A DNA stretch of 64,000 nt from a virus. Its lineage: Duplodnaviria > Caudoviricetes. The notes under the pieces were generated by a model. The model worked only from the letters and a program-made list of their open reading frames with translations. It searched no databases and was not told the DNA's origin. Numbering within the stretch: position 1 is the stretch's first letter; every line of letters begins with the position of its first letter. Of this stretch, positions 7,992 through 18,359 are shown piece after piece. The translations under genes were made by a program, and so were the position numbers. The stretch is from positions 1 through 64,000 of the IMG/VR virus record IMGVR_UViG_3300020360_000085; one strand, 5' to 3'.

Positions 7992-9047
7992 GTGGAACTA
8001 CATTTAGATCTAACATCAGATAATAAAGTATTCAATTGTTTGACACCGCAAGGTAATTGGTACTTTCATAAGTTTGGCAAAAGAAATTTTCCTGTTTCGG
8101 AAATCAATTATCCTGTCCTCTTAAAATATCTAAAATCAACAAACGTTGATAAATTACTTTGTGATAGTTTTTATGGAGATAGCCTACTTTATTCACATAT
8201 AAATGATTTGGCAGAATACTGTAATAAAAATAATATTGAACTTACAATAACAACACATGGTAATACCATAGATAAATCTATATTAGATCTGCTAGAGAAT
8301 ACTAATACTACAATATATTTAAAATTATTTGGTTGCTTTGATAGTACTAATTTAATTACTAAAGAACTTGATTGGCAATATGTAAAAGAATTACTTAAAC
8401 AATTTAAACACAAAATTATAGTAGAGTACAACACTTTTAATGAAAATGTAGGTAACATTAAAGATTTATTAGAATTATGTTACAAAAATAATAATGCTGT
8501 AATATTTAAAAAAGGAAATATATTTGGAGACTGGAAAGCATCTATTATAGACAGTAAAGGCGAATGGCTGTATGATTTTTCAGACCCATTTTATAAAGAA
8601 GATATATATAATCATTATTTAAATGGTGAAAAACTATTACAATATAAGGATAATTTTGTATTATCTACAACAGACTTAAATAGAACCACATACGGTTACA
8701 ATAAGTTACTTCCATATTTAACTAATAAAAAATATAAAAATATTTTAGATTACAATATAGAACACAAATTTGATGTAGATGTGGAAACAGAAAACACAAT
8801 ATATATAAACTACTTAGGTTATAAATTTAATAATAGAAAAATTTACGAAACATTTAATCATTGTTTAAGTAACGATTGGTCTAAAGAGTTACCTAATTAT
8901 GTAAACTTACATAATCAAGACACAGATGTTAGATTATATGAAAATCAAGGTAATACATATAGATCTAAAAATATAAATGTAGGATTTTTTAATGAAGTAC
9001 CAAATATCCTTTACATACTAAACACAGATATTAAGCAACTGTCTTAG
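7992..9047 (+). CDS. Radical-SAM-fold-like protein lacking the CxxxCxxC motif
   Basis: LHLDLTS at the N-terminus and ITTHG recall radical SAM enzymes, but only one Cys lies in the motif region; GTG start directly after the S8 stop. Confidence 0.45.
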   Translation: MELHLDLTSDNKVFNCLTPQGNWYFHKFGKRNFPVSEINYPVLLKYLKSTNVDKLLCDSFYGDSLLYSHINDLAEYCNKNNIELTITTHGNTIDKSILDLLENTNTTIYLKLFGCFDSTNLITKELDWQYVKELLKQFKHKIIVEYNTFNENVGNIKDLLELCYKNNNAVIFKKGNIFGDWKASIIDSKGEWLYDFSDPFYKEDIYNHYLNGEKLLQYKDNFVLSTTDLNRTTYGYNKLLPYLTNKKYKNILDYNIEHKFDVDVETENTIYINYLGYKFNNRKIYETFNHCLSNDWSKELPNYVNLHNQDTDVRLYENQGNTYRSKNINVGFFNEVPNILYILNTDIKQLS

Positions 9048-10053
9048 TAATAGAGATATCTGATATATTATTACAATATTCAAAAGGGCAGGAAGTTTTA
9101 GTTTCTGGTAATTTCCAATCTGGACTACCTACATTTCCAAAATTTACAGCACCACACCAACTACTATACATCTCTCCTGTTGCATCTATATTTAAACTCT
9201 CAAATCCTAAATGACATTTCATACCTTTAAATTTGTTAAGACCTTGATTTATAATTTGATGACTTTGTACATACTTTTTAGTATTGTCGTCATATATAAA
9301 TTCTGTCATCCATGATGTATCTTGGACAGGTTCATGTTCAATGTGTTGCTCTGGTTCAGGAGTAGGCTCTATAGGCCTAGGCTTGATACCAGGTCTTTGT
9401 AACACTTCTTGCTCTTCGTTAGAATATTCCCAATAAGTTTCTTGTTTACTGTTTCTACCTAGTAACTTTTTATACATTGTTTTAACACATATACTAACAT
9501 TGTCATATCTATTATGTTCGCAGTCTTTAAACAAATCACGTAATACTTCTACAAATTCGCCCAATCTGAGCACGTCTCCGCCTATTCCTGCAATATTAAT
9601 ATCAATTGTAACATAATCCTTTATTTCGTTTATAACATTAATTAAATGCTGTTGTTCTTGTGATAACGGGTGATATGTTAAAACTACTCCGTCCATATAA
9701 TGTTTTGCTTTACTCCACCAATTTATTGTTCTACTACCATTAGTAAATACAACACTATGAGTATTATACTCACTTATCTTGCGTATTATCTCCTCGAAAC
9801 CTGGTAATACTGTTACTTCTCCGCCTATAAGTTCATAGTCTACTCTTTTACCCTGATTGTTATAATGCGTTGACAGGCGCTCTATGGCAGTCAGATAGGC
9901 TTCTAAAGGCAACCAAGGCTTACTGCCGTCATGCAATATATCAGGGCAATACTCACATTTATAATTACATTGATTGCCCATATTCCATTGAATGCGAATA
10001 TTGTCCATAGGACCACGAGCATGTGGACCACGTACCGAAACTAAATTTAACAT
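9031..10053 (-). CDS. Radical SAM enzyme with C-terminal Cys-rich (twitch/SPASM-like) domain
   Basis: CNYKCEYC, GGEVT, VFTNGS; C-terminal CHLG...SWC...CPFEYC; start moved to 10053. Confidence 0.88.
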   Translation of the reverse strand: MLNLVSVRGPHARGPMDNIRIQWNMGNQCNYKCEYCPDILHDGSKPWLPLEAYLTAIERLSTHYNNQGKRVDYELIGGEVTVLPGFEEIIRKISEYNTHSVVFTNGSRTINWWSKAKHYMDGVVLTYHPLSQEQQHLINVINEIKDYVTIDINIAGIGGDVLRLGEFVEVLRDLFKDCEHNRYDNVSICVKTMYKKLLGRNSKQETYWEYSNEEQEVLQRPGIKPRPIEPTPEPEQHIEHEPVQDTSWMTEFIYDDNTKKYVQSHQIINQGLNKFKGMKCHLGFESLNIDATGEMYSSWCGAVNFGNVGSPDWKLPETKTSCPFEYCNNISDISITKTVA

Positions 10054-10334
10054 TATATTCCTACTTGAACTGTAGTAGATCCAGGCCCAATAGGATGGGC
10101 ACATGTGGCTATACTTATACCTGCTACTGTAACTGGTTTGCCTTCACAAAATACTGTGGCGGCACCATTGGCTACTAAACTAGAACCTGATGTATGAGGT
10201 GGTTCACCATGTGTTGTTAAACCATCTCCTACTAATGAAACTTTAGTTCCTTCGCAGAAAGTTGTAACCGCACCTGGTCCAATTATGAGGCCACCGCCTC
10301 CCATATCTGAAATTGTTCTACCTATACCTGGCAT
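10053..10334 (-). CDS. PAAR-domain tail spike tip protein (gp5.4-like)
   Basis: TTFCEGTKVSLVGD..TTHGEPPH, ATVFCEGKPV...ATCAHPI repeats. Confidence 0.85.
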   Translation of the reverse strand: MPGIGRTISDMGGGGLIIGPGAVTTFCEGTKVSLVGDGLTTHGEPPHTSGSSLVANGAATVFCEGKPVTVAGISIATCAHPIGPGSTTVQVGI

Positions 10335-10353
10335 ATAAGTATTTATCTAGAAT

Positions 10354-10644
10354 TTAAGATTGTTCGTGAAGTTTTAAATAGTCTGCTTCTGACTTTTCAT
10401 TTGATTTTACAACAGTTAATACTTGGTCTAAAGACATAATTACTTCTTCAGTAGTACCTGTGTACATAAACGGAATAACTGCTATTTCGTCATCATATAT
10501 TACAACTGTATTAGGATTCTTTAAGTTAAGCATATTACTTTCTTCGTTTAATGCTAATAGGAATCCAATAACTTCTACGCCAGAAGTAAGTTTAATTGTA
10601 ACAACTTTGCCAACTAATTCTTTTGCATTATACATGTTTGCCAT
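10354..10644 (-). CDS. Hypothetical protein with Sm/LSm-like fold
   Basis: LVGKVVTIKLTSGVEVIGFL...NMLNLKN resembles the Sm1 motif. Confidence 0.5.
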   Translation of the reverse strand: MANMYNAKELVGKVVTIKLTSGVEVIGFLLALNEESNMLNLKNPNTVVIYDDEIAVIPFMYTGTTEEVIMSLDQVLTVVKSNEKSEADYLKLHEQS

Positions 10645-10681
10645 ATTAGTATTTATTACCTGGTATTTAGGTATTGTGAAA

Positions 10682-11779
10682 TTATAGGCTAAAGCCTTTA
10701 AAGGAATCTTTTTCTACGTCTTGTTTTGTTCCACCAATAACGTAACTACTTATTTCTGTTTCTTGTGGTGCTACTTGTACACTACCGCCAGTTATCCATG
10801 TTTGAGTCCAAGGTAAAGGATTAGTGCCTGTATTAAATATTTTTTCTTGTCCTACGGCATGCATTCTTTTACCTGCTATATATTCTACATACTGTTTAAG
10901 TAATTCTGCATTTAATCCAATAATACTTCCGTCTTTAAACAAATAGTCTGCCCATGCTTTTTCCTGCTCTACTGCATCTAAAAACATTTGTGTACACTCA
11001 TCATATGTTTCTTTTTTAATTTTTTCAAAATCTTTATCATCTTTAGGTAATAATTTTAGCATAGTTTGTGTACTTGCTAAGTGTACATTTTCGTCTCTAG
11101 CAATAAACTTAATAATTTTTGCATTGCCTTCCATTCTTTTAAGTTCTGCAAATGCCCAACTACAAGCAAAACTAACATAAAAACGTACACCTTCTAATAT
11201 GTTTACACTCATTAAACACATCCATAATCTTTTCTTGTGCTCATACTCATCATATTTTTTACTGCCTTGCTCTCTGAGTAGATTATACTCAATAAGTTTA
11301 TCATAAGTTTCAGTAATACTGTCTGCACAATCACATATTTCTTCTATATCTAATAATTCGTCAAATACTTTACTTGGATCTGGATAAACATTTCTAATTA
11401 TATGAGTATAACTTTTACTATGTATTGTTTCACTGAATGCCCATGTTTCTATCCAAGTTTCTAACTCTGGTAAACTTACTATTGGTAACAAAGCCAAGTT
11501 AGGAGAACGTCCTTGTACACTATCTAAAAGTATTTGTCTTTTTAAATTACTTGTAAATATATGTTGTTCAAAGTCTGTTAAGTTTTTAAAATCACTTGCG
11601 TCTTTTAATATATCTACTTCCTCAGGTCTCCAAAAGAAACCTAATTGCTTATCCGTAAACTTGTCAAATTGTTTATATTTGATAGTATCGAATCTTTGTA
11701 TGGAAACTCCACCAGCAGGGTCTAAAAACATTGTTGCTTTTGTATGGTGTTTTTTATTTTTTGTATCTAATACCGTCAT
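10682..11779 (-). CDS. nrdB: Ribonucleotide reductase class Ia beta subunit
   Basis: FFWRPEEVD, DSVQGRSP, ETIHSKSY, LEGVRFYVSF, ARDENVH, QVAPQE. Confidence 0.97.
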   Translation of the reverse strand: MTVLDTKNKKHHTKATMFLDPAGGVSIQRFDTIKYKQFDKFTDKQLGFFWRPEEVDILKDASDFKNLTDFEQHIFTSNLKRQILLDSVQGRSPNLALLPIVSLPELETWIETWAFSETIHSKSYTHIIRNVYPDPSKVFDELLDIEEICDCADSITETYDKLIEYNLLREQGSKKYDEYEHKKRLWMCLMSVNILEGVRFYVSFACSWAFAELKRMEGNAKIIKFIARDENVHLASTQTMLKLLPKDDKDFEKIKKETYDECTQMFLDAVEQEKAWADYLFKDGSIIGLNAELLKQYVEYIAGKRMHAVGQEKIFNTGTNPLPWTQTWITGGSVQVAPQETEISSYVIGGTKQDVEKDSFKGFSL

Positions 11780-14079
11780 ATTTTACAACTCTCACAGTCA
11801 TCATCTTCATAATCAACATTGGAGATAGGTGCTTCGCTGACTACATTATTAGATGTGTCTGCATTTATATCTATCTCGCCTTGACCGTCAAACGTGTTAT
11901 TATAATATAATTGTTTGCCACCGTATTTATAAAACATCAGCAAATCTTGTATTAAAACAGACATAGGAACCTTTTCATCTTCATAATGCTCTGGATTATA
12001 ACTGGTATTTACACTAATACCCTGATCTATATACTTTTGTAATACAGAAACAATTTTTAGGTATCCTTGTGGAGACTTTTGATCCCAAAGCAGATCGTAC
12101 TTGTTTTTATAATATGGAAAACCAGGTACAACCTGCTTTAATACACCATGTTTACTTTGCTTAATGCTAACATAACTTCTAGGAGGTTCTATTCCATTAG
12201 TGCTGTTACTAATTTGAGCCGAAGTTTCTGCCGGCATAATTGCCATTAGTGTGGAATTTCTAATACCAGTTTCTAATAACTGTTTTCTTAATCCTTTCCA
12301 GTCTTGCCTTTCTTTATGTTTTACTAATTCATCAACATCTTTTTTATATGTTTGATTAGGTGTAAGGCCTTGTCCATATTTAGTCTCTTCTGACTTAGGA
12401 CATGCACCTTTTTCTTGTGCCAAATCTGCACTTGCTTTTATAAGGGCATAACTCCATGCCTCTGACCATTCATCTACTAATTCTAGATTAGGTTCTTGAT
12501 ATGTGCTGTCATTTTTAGCCAACCAATAGGCAAAATTAATTACACCTATTCCCAAAGGCCTTCTGTTCATTGTGCTAATTTCTGCCGCCAAAATAGGATA
12601 CTCTTGATAATCTAGTAATTCATCTAATCCCCTAACTGCTAAATTACATATCTTTTGCATTTCCGTAGTGTCTTTAATTACACCCCAATTAATAGCACTT
12701 AAAGTACATAAACTAATTTCACCTTCTTCGTCATTTATATGTTTTAAAGGTTTAGTAGGTAAATCTATTTCACAACATAAATTGCTTTGCTTAATAGGTG
12801 CTACTTCTTCTACAAATGCTCCATGAGTGTTTGCATGGTCTACATTCATTAAATATATTCTACCAGTATCTTTTCGTTCTTGCATAAAACTACTAAAAAG
12901 TTCTATAGCAGGTATAGATTTTTTCCGTATGCTTGTCATACGTTCTGCTTTTTCATATAGTTCTTGGAATTTATCTTGATCTGTAAAGAAGTAATCATAT
13001 AAACCAGGGACATCTTGTGGAGAAAATAAAGTAATATTTTCGCCTTTAATAAGTCTTTCATACATTAACTTATTAAATTGTACACCATAATCCATGTGTC
13101 TTACACGGTTATCCTCAACACCCTTATTATTTTTAAGCACTAATAAATCTTCTACTTCCAAATGCCAAATAGGATAGTACAATGTAGCCGCTCCGCCTCT
13201 TACACCACCTTGTGAGCAACTTTTAACTGCTGATTGAAATAATTTGTAAAAAGGAATGACACCTGTATGTGTTGCATCACCACTCCGTATTTTAGAGCCT
13301 ACTGCTCTAATACTACCAGCACCTATTCCTATTCCTGCTTTCTGACTTACATACTTTACAATACTACTTGTGGTTGCATTAATACTGTCTAAACTATCAT
13401 CTGTTTCTATAAGTACACAACTACTAAACTGTCTTTGAGGAGTTCTAACACCTGCCATTACAGGAGTGGGCAAACTTAATTTAAATAAACTAATTGCATC
13501 ATAATATGCCTTAATATAAGACATTCTTGTATCTGCAGGATACTTTGAAAATAATGTTGCCGCAATCATCATATATGCAACTTGTGGTGTTTCGTATATT
13601 TCTCCAGATGCTCTATTTTGCACTAAGTACTTTCCACGGAACTGTTCCATTGCCGCATAAGTTAGTACTTCGTCTCTTTCATGATCTATAAAATTTTGTA
13701 ATTCGTTAATTTCATCTTTAGTAAACAATTCTGTAAATTCAGAATCGTAAAATCCTGCATCAATATTTTTTTGAACAATATCACATAAGCAAGGGGGCTC
13801 AAATACACCATAAACCATCTTACGCAAGTGATAGTTAATTAATCTACCTGCAACATATTGATAATTTGGAGCCTCTTCTGAAATTAGATCTGCGGCACTT
13901 TTGATTAGTGTCTCTTGAATATCTTCTGTGTCTATTTTATCGAAAAATTGTATTTTAGAATTTATTTCTACCTGTGATGCACTTACACCTGCTATACCTT
14001 CACATGCATACAATACTACTTTGTGTAACTTGTCTATGTTTAAGTCTTCTAGTGTTCCGTCTCTTTTTCTTACCTGCAT
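11776..14079 (-). CDS. nrdA: Ribonucleotide reductase class Ia alpha subunit with ATP cone
   Basis: N-terminal KRDG ATP cone, PTPVMAG, QFSSC, SNLCCEI, CTLSAIN, C-terminal CESC. Confidence 0.97.
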   Translation of the reverse strand: MQVRKRDGTLEDLNIDKLHKVVLYACEGIAGVSASQVEINSKIQFFDKIDTEDIQETLIKSAADLISEEAPNYQYVAGRLINYHLRKMVYGVFEPPCLCDIVQKNIDAGFYDSEFTELFTKDEINELQNFIDHERDEVLTYAAMEQFRGKYLVQNRASGEIYETPQVAYMMIAATLFSKYPADTRMSYIKAYYDAISLFKLSLPTPVMAGVRTPQRQFSSCVLIETDDSLDSINATTSSIVKYVSQKAGIGIGAGSIRAVGSKIRSGDATHTGVIPFYKLFQSAVKSCSQGGVRGGAATLYYPIWHLEVEDLLVLKNNKGVEDNRVRHMDYGVQFNKLMYERLIKGENITLFSPQDVPGLYDYFFTDQDKFQELYEKAERMTSIRKKSIPAIELFSSFMQERKDTGRIYLMNVDHANTHGAFVEEVAPIKQSNLCCEIDLPTKPLKHINDEEGEISLCTLSAINWGVIKDTTEMQKICNLAVRGLDELLDYQEYPILAAEISTMNRRPLGIGVINFAYWLAKNDSTYQEPNLELVDEWSEAWSYALIKASADLAQEKGACPKSEETKYGQGLTPNQTYKKDVDELVKHKERQDWKGLRKQLLETGIRNSTLMAIMPAETSAQISNSTNGIEPPRSYVSIKQSKHGVLKQVVPGFPYYKNKYDLLWDQKSPQGYLKIVSVLQKYIDQGISVNTSYNPEHYEDEKVPMSVLIQDLLMFYKYGGKQLYYNNTFDGQGEIDINADTSNNVVSEAPISNVDYEDDDCESCKI

Positions 14080-14138
14080 GTGTGTCCCTATGTTATCTTA
14101 AAAACTTTAAGTTTAAAAAATATATTTATGGCTTTATT

Positions 14139-14167
14139 ATTATATTATAAAACTGTATAAAAGTCAA
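14139..14167 (-). promoter_or_regulatory. sigma70-type promoter for nrdAB
   Basis: TTGACT-N17-TATAAT. Confidence 0.7.
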
Positions 14168-14595
14168 TATGTAAACTGATTTTTACTTAACTTGTGAGTG
14201 GAAAAAATGGTACTATTTTCTTTAACAAATTCCCAATTAGAAATTTTGCCAACTTCAAAATTATATACTTTATTATTATCTAAAAATACCAATCCATCAC
14301 TACCATTGATGTTATTACTTATCACAGGAAAACATAATTCATCTGAAGTTACGAAACCAGAATAAATTAAATGTGATACAAGTATAAGAGTTACTCCGCT
14401 CTGGCAAAAATAGCCTTCATTTACAATCTCAAAAGGATCTGGCCAACTTTTAGGCGTATAGTAATCTATGTATCTTGAAACTAACTTTATTGATTGATAT
14501 TCTAAAACAAGATCTTCTACATTAGAAAAATTTTTTTGCCTTAAATCTCTCCATATAGTTAATCTGTCATTTGCTGACTGATTTTTGTAAAACAT
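14164..14595 (-). CDS. Hypothetical protein
   Basis: 143-aa ORF co-oriented behind the fibre gene. Confidence 0.7.
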   Translation of the reverse strand: MFYKNQSANDRLTIWRDLRQKNFSNVEDLVLEYQSIKLVSRYIDYYTPKSWPDPFEIVNEGYFCQSGVTLILVSHLIYSGFVTSDELCFPVISNNINGSDGLVFLDNNKVYNFEVGKISNWEFVKENSTIFSTHKLSKNQFTY

Positions 14596-14607
14596 TAAAT
14601 TTTGTGT

Positions 14608-17274
14608 CTATGAGTTCCAACGTCTAGTAACAAATTTCATTGAAGTAATTTTATTTACAGTACTTGCGGCATTAACTAATATGCTTGTATTAGTTGCAGG
14701 GTCTACAATAGCACTAAATGATACTGTACCTGAAACTGTGTCAGCAACATCAGTTGCATCATCTCTAAACACAACAGTTGCATTACCTGTTGTACTGTTA
14801 TAAAAACTACTAGCATGTAATTGTCCTACACGTCTATAATTTCCATCGCTTGTTCCATCAAATGAAACAGTATAATCTATTACATAACTATCGTAACTAG
14901 ATGTTGATAGTGTTGCTACTGTATGAGCACTTGCTGATGCAGGTATAGATACAGATTCAACATCATCAAATGTTGTTACTTTAGTACCAGCACCACTAGA
15001 TAATGAAGTTTTAAGTTCTATATTTGTACTTAAATTAACTAATCCTTTAATATCAGGACTTGCTGTTTTAAAATAAATCTGGTTTACAATGTGATTAAAA
15101 TCACTTGCTTGGTCTCTTGTTGTAAATGTTATAAACTTATTAGCATCTTCATTTGTAATTGCTAATGTATATGTTCCTAAATTAGGTGCAGAATCACTAA
15201 ACTTTGTATTAGATTGTGCTGATGTAAATAGTGGAACAGTTTTACTAACTACTAATCCACTCATCCAACTTTCTAATTTTGCTTTAATTGTATTTGTATT
15301 TCTTGTTTTACTACCTGTAGGTAAACTTAATGCGGCCATTGTACCACTAGTATCTTCATGTAAAGTAAATTCTAATCCTCCTGAAGTAGAAGAACCTAAA
15401 CTATCGAACGATGCTTTAGTAGTAACATATATTTGATTTGTTGTATTTGGAATATATGCTATACTAGGAAATTCACTAATACCTTGAACTGTACTTATAA
15501 CTGCATCTAGTGTTGTTGAGTTTGCTAAATTTATACTATTAACAGGAGTATGTTTTAGTGTTGTAGCACTACCCATTGTAGGATCAAATGTGCCTGTTAC
15601 TGATGCTGTTAGAGCCGCTGTAGCAGGAATAAAGAATGTATTATTAGTTATCCTAGTACTTACTGTTTTACTGCCATTTGCAATTAATGAAGTATTAGAT
15701 GAGCCAGCAACTGTAATTGTAGAATTTGCAGGTAAACCATGGACTGAACTTACTATTTGTACACTACCACCTGCATTATCTGTACCATAATTTATATAAT
15801 TTAAATCACCTGCTATTGTACTTACACCACTTTGTACAACAGTAAAACTTGTTGTTCCATTTACACCTGTTACCTCATAAGGTTGACTTGAAAATACTGT
15901 AGCATTTGAGCCTGTAAAGTAAACATAATCTCCTTGTACTAAACCTTCAACATTTCCTGTAATTGTAACGGCATTTCCGGCACCTGAGGCACCACTAGTA
16001 ACTGCTCTAATTGTTGCAAGACTGTTTCCAGAAGGCAAACTTACCTCCATTGTGGAAGTCTGTACATTACTTACTGCTAATGCTTTATTGTTTAACCATA
16101 CAGGACTATCAGCATCTGTTAGGTAAACAAAGTCATATGTACTTCCTGAATTACCATATGCTGGTGTATTACTTGAACCTGCACTTATGGTAACTGTAGA
16201 TCCAGATGCACTTACGTTTACTGCACTAGCACTTAATAAAGAATTATCACTTACTAGGAAGTTTCCTAAACTTAAAGATGTTGGACTAGATATTGCAGTA
16301 CTGTCTTCAAAAACTGCAATATGCTTGTATTCTAAACCTATGTGTCCTGTTCCTGTTGTAGGAGATACCCTAACTAAATCTGCATTAAGTTGTCTATACG
16401 TAGGTACACTATATTCATTATAAAAACTATTTGTTGTTGTACCAGGATAAATTACACCACTATTATTTAAAGCCTTTAAAATACTAGAGTTACTATAATA
16501 ACTTAAATATAATTTATCGCTTGTTGAAGGCGCAACTCTTAAATTTAACACATGTGTATTACTTGCTAATGTAGTTGTACTAAAACTGTAATCTTTAGAT
16601 GTTGCTGGACTATAATTTGAATTATCACCACTTAGTACAGTATCATTTTTTAGTACTATTACATCTGTTGCTTTAAAGTTTTCATTGGTTGAAATACTTT
16701 TAATATTATTAGGTGTAAATGTTAAAGTGTTTGCAGTTGTTAAAGTCTGATTTGAAGATAATGTAATATTAGCATTATCTATTGCTGTTACTGTTACTGT
16801 TCCTGTAATTTCATTTCCTGTAACAACATCTCCAACTTCTATAAAAGCATTTGAAGAACCTAAAACTACAACATTCGCTCCTGAAATATTTGCACTAACA
16901 GACCCTGTTACAGTTGTTGTAATATTACCTTCAAATACTGTAAGTCCACTTCCTGTATATGTATTTGAATCTGTGGTCCATTGTGCTGTTGTAGAAACAC
17001 CATCAAAATGTCCTGCTAAAAGTCTTTTATGTGGTATTGTAAAATGTATTATTCTTGTATTGGCAATATCTTGTGTAAGAGATATAGCACTGGTAGTAGA
17101 TTCAAAACTACTTATGTTTGATGTACTAGCATTTATATCGCCACCAATATAAACCTGACTGCTATCTAATGCTAATCCTAATTCTCCTTCTCTCAAAGGC
17201 TGAGGAAGGTCTTGCTTTAAACCTCTTCGATTTTGTATTCTAGAAATAACTACGTTGTTATTTGATGTTGCCAT
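14608..17274 (-). CDS. Virion fibre/baseplate-like structural protein (Ser/Thr/Gly-rich)
   Basis: N-terminal RIQNRRG...PLREGELGLALD.SQVYIG attachment-type motif; internal HGL/GL..GD.V beta-repeat modules; late box plus AGGAG. Confidence 0.7.
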   Translation of the reverse strand: MATSNNNVVISRIQNRRGLKQDLPQPLREGELGLALDSSQVYIGGDINASTSNISSFESTTSAISLTQDIANTRIIHFTIPHKRLLAGHFDGVSTTAQWTTDSNTYTGSGLTVFEGNITTTVTGSVSANISGANVVVLGSSNAFIEVGDVVTGNEITGTVTVTAIDNANITLSSNQTLTTANTLTFTPNNIKSISTNENFKATDVIVLKNDTVLSGDNSNYSPATSKDYSFSTTTLASNTHVLNLRVAPSTSDKLYLSYYSNSSILKALNNSGVIYPGTTTNSFYNEYSVPTYRQLNADLVRVSPTTGTGHIGLEYKHIAVFEDSTAISSPTSLSLGNFLVSDNSLLSASAVNVSASGSTVTISAGSSNTPAYGNSGSTYDFVYLTDADSPVWLNNKALAVSNVQTSTMEVSLPSGNSLATIRAVTSGASGAGNAVTITGNVEGLVQGDYVYFTGSNATVFSSQPYEVTGVNGTTSFTVVQSGVSTIAGDLNYINYGTDNAGGSVQIVSSVHGLPANSTITVAGSSNTSLIANGSKTVSTRITNNTFFIPATAALTASVTGTFDPTMGSATTLKHTPVNSINLANSTTLDAVISTVQGISEFPSIAYIPNTTNQIYVTTKASFDSLGSSTSGGLEFTLHEDTSGTMAALSLPTGSKTRNTNTIKAKLESWMSGLVVSKTVPLFTSAQSNTKFSDSAPNLGTYTLAITNEDANKFITFTTRDQASDFNHIVNQIYFKTASPDIKGLVNLSTNIELKTSLSSGAGTKVTTFDDVESVSIPASASAHTVATLSTSSYDSYVIDYTVSFDGTSDGNYRRVGQLHASSFYNSTTGNATVVFRDDATDVADTVSGTVSFSAIVDPATNTSILVNAASTVNKITSMKFVTRRWNS

Positions 17275-17317
17275 ACTAATAATTCTCCTGAACTACTAGT
17301 ATTTATCATTTTCCTTT

Positions 17318-17986
17318 TTATTTGGAATAATAAGTTGCTAGTCTATCTGACCATTTATCACAATATTCTTCGTATTCATCGCCTGATATAGTAAAGTCTT
17401 TAAAATTACCATCTCTATCGACCATTAATATTGCTACTTTGGATATGTTTGTACCAAACATTTCATTGTGTGCTAATGAATATGCACAGCCTTGTAAAAA
17501 ATAATCCTCAATCCATTCACGTTTTTTCATCTTTTTTGCAGTTTTAAAATCTATAATGGCTTCTTCTCCCTCATACATTCCTATACCATCAGCCGTTCCT
17601 GCATATAATCCTTGTGCAATAAGTCCTACTTCAACACCATAAATTTCATCAACTTTTGTTAAGCCTTTTTCAATCATTTCAGTTACCATGTTTTTAGCCA
17701 TTACACTAATATGATTGTTGCCTTTAATTTGGTAGTCTTCTTGTAGTATAAACTTTTCTAATGCATTATGAACTTTAGTTCCAAGTCCTGCAGACTCTGT
17801 GCTTATGCGTGTTGCTTCTGCTTCGCCTACACGTTTACGCCAGGCTATAAGAGCAGTCTTATCTCCTGTATCTCCTAAGATAGTAGTAACACTAGGAACA
17901 GGACTATTGTCCTCTCCTACATATTGTCTGCCTTTCTTAGTTTGAATTCGTCGTAATTCTGGGTAGTCGTATTTTGATATCAGCAT
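17318..17986 (-). CDS. PD-(D/E)xK exonuclease
   Basis: PSVTTILG, GTKVH, YAGTADG, IIDFKT, QGCAY. Confidence 0.85.
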   Translation of the reverse strand: MLISKYDYPELRRIQTKKGRQYVGEDNSPVPSVTTILGDTGDKTALIAWRKRVGEAEATRISTESAGLGTKVHNALEKFILQEDYQIKGNNHISVMAKNMVTEMIEKGLTKVDEIYGVEVGLIAQGLYAGTADGIGMYEGEEAIIDFKTAKKMKKREWIEDYFLQGCAYSLAHNEMFGTNISKVAILMVDRDGNFKDFTISGDEYEEYCDKWSDRLATYYSK

Positions 17987-18011
17987 ATAATTAAAAATTA
18001 TTTACTAGTAT

Positions 18012-18359
18012 TTACCAGGAAATATTCCAACTTATAGTATTATTGGAGGCCGTATTGGTTACAACACTTACACCGTATCCTCTGTCCTCAAAATATTTTT
18101 TAACATAGTTAAGTTGGTCTAATTTGGTTGGATCTGTAGTAACACTATTCCAAACATTATAATATACATTACTGTTTGTCATTGTAGTACTACTAATGAT
18201 ATTAGCATATAATACACCAGAATCTATATTGGCTATTACGGCACTTTCTATAGATCTAACTTCAGAGTGTATTACACTATTGTTTCTACTGTCTTTTCTG
18301 GCCTGTGTGGCATTTACAAATAAATTTGAACTGCTGGTATTATTATATAGGTTTGCCAT
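18012..18359 (-). CDS. Hypothetical (probable virion) protein
   Basis: 115-aa ORF in a late operon. Confidence 0.65.
   Translation of the reverse strand: MANLYNNTSSSNLFVNATQARKDSRNNSVIHSEVRSIESAVIANIDSGVLYANIISSTTMTNSNVYYNVWNSVTTDPTKLDQLNYVKKYFEDRGYGVSVVTNTASNNTISWNISW

Noticed and set aside
10354-10644. Naming this gene hfq
   Set aside because: Only a loose Sm1-like pattern is present, and the Hfq YKHAI Sm2 signature is absent
10682-14079. Introns or inteins in nrdA/nrdB (also checked terL, helicase and uvsX)
   Set aside because: The ORFs are uninterrupted and of ordinary length, with no intein-like blocks
14608-17274. Diversity-generating retroelement target (Mtd-like N-terminus)
   Set aside because: No reverse transcriptase or template/variable repeat pair is visible in the window
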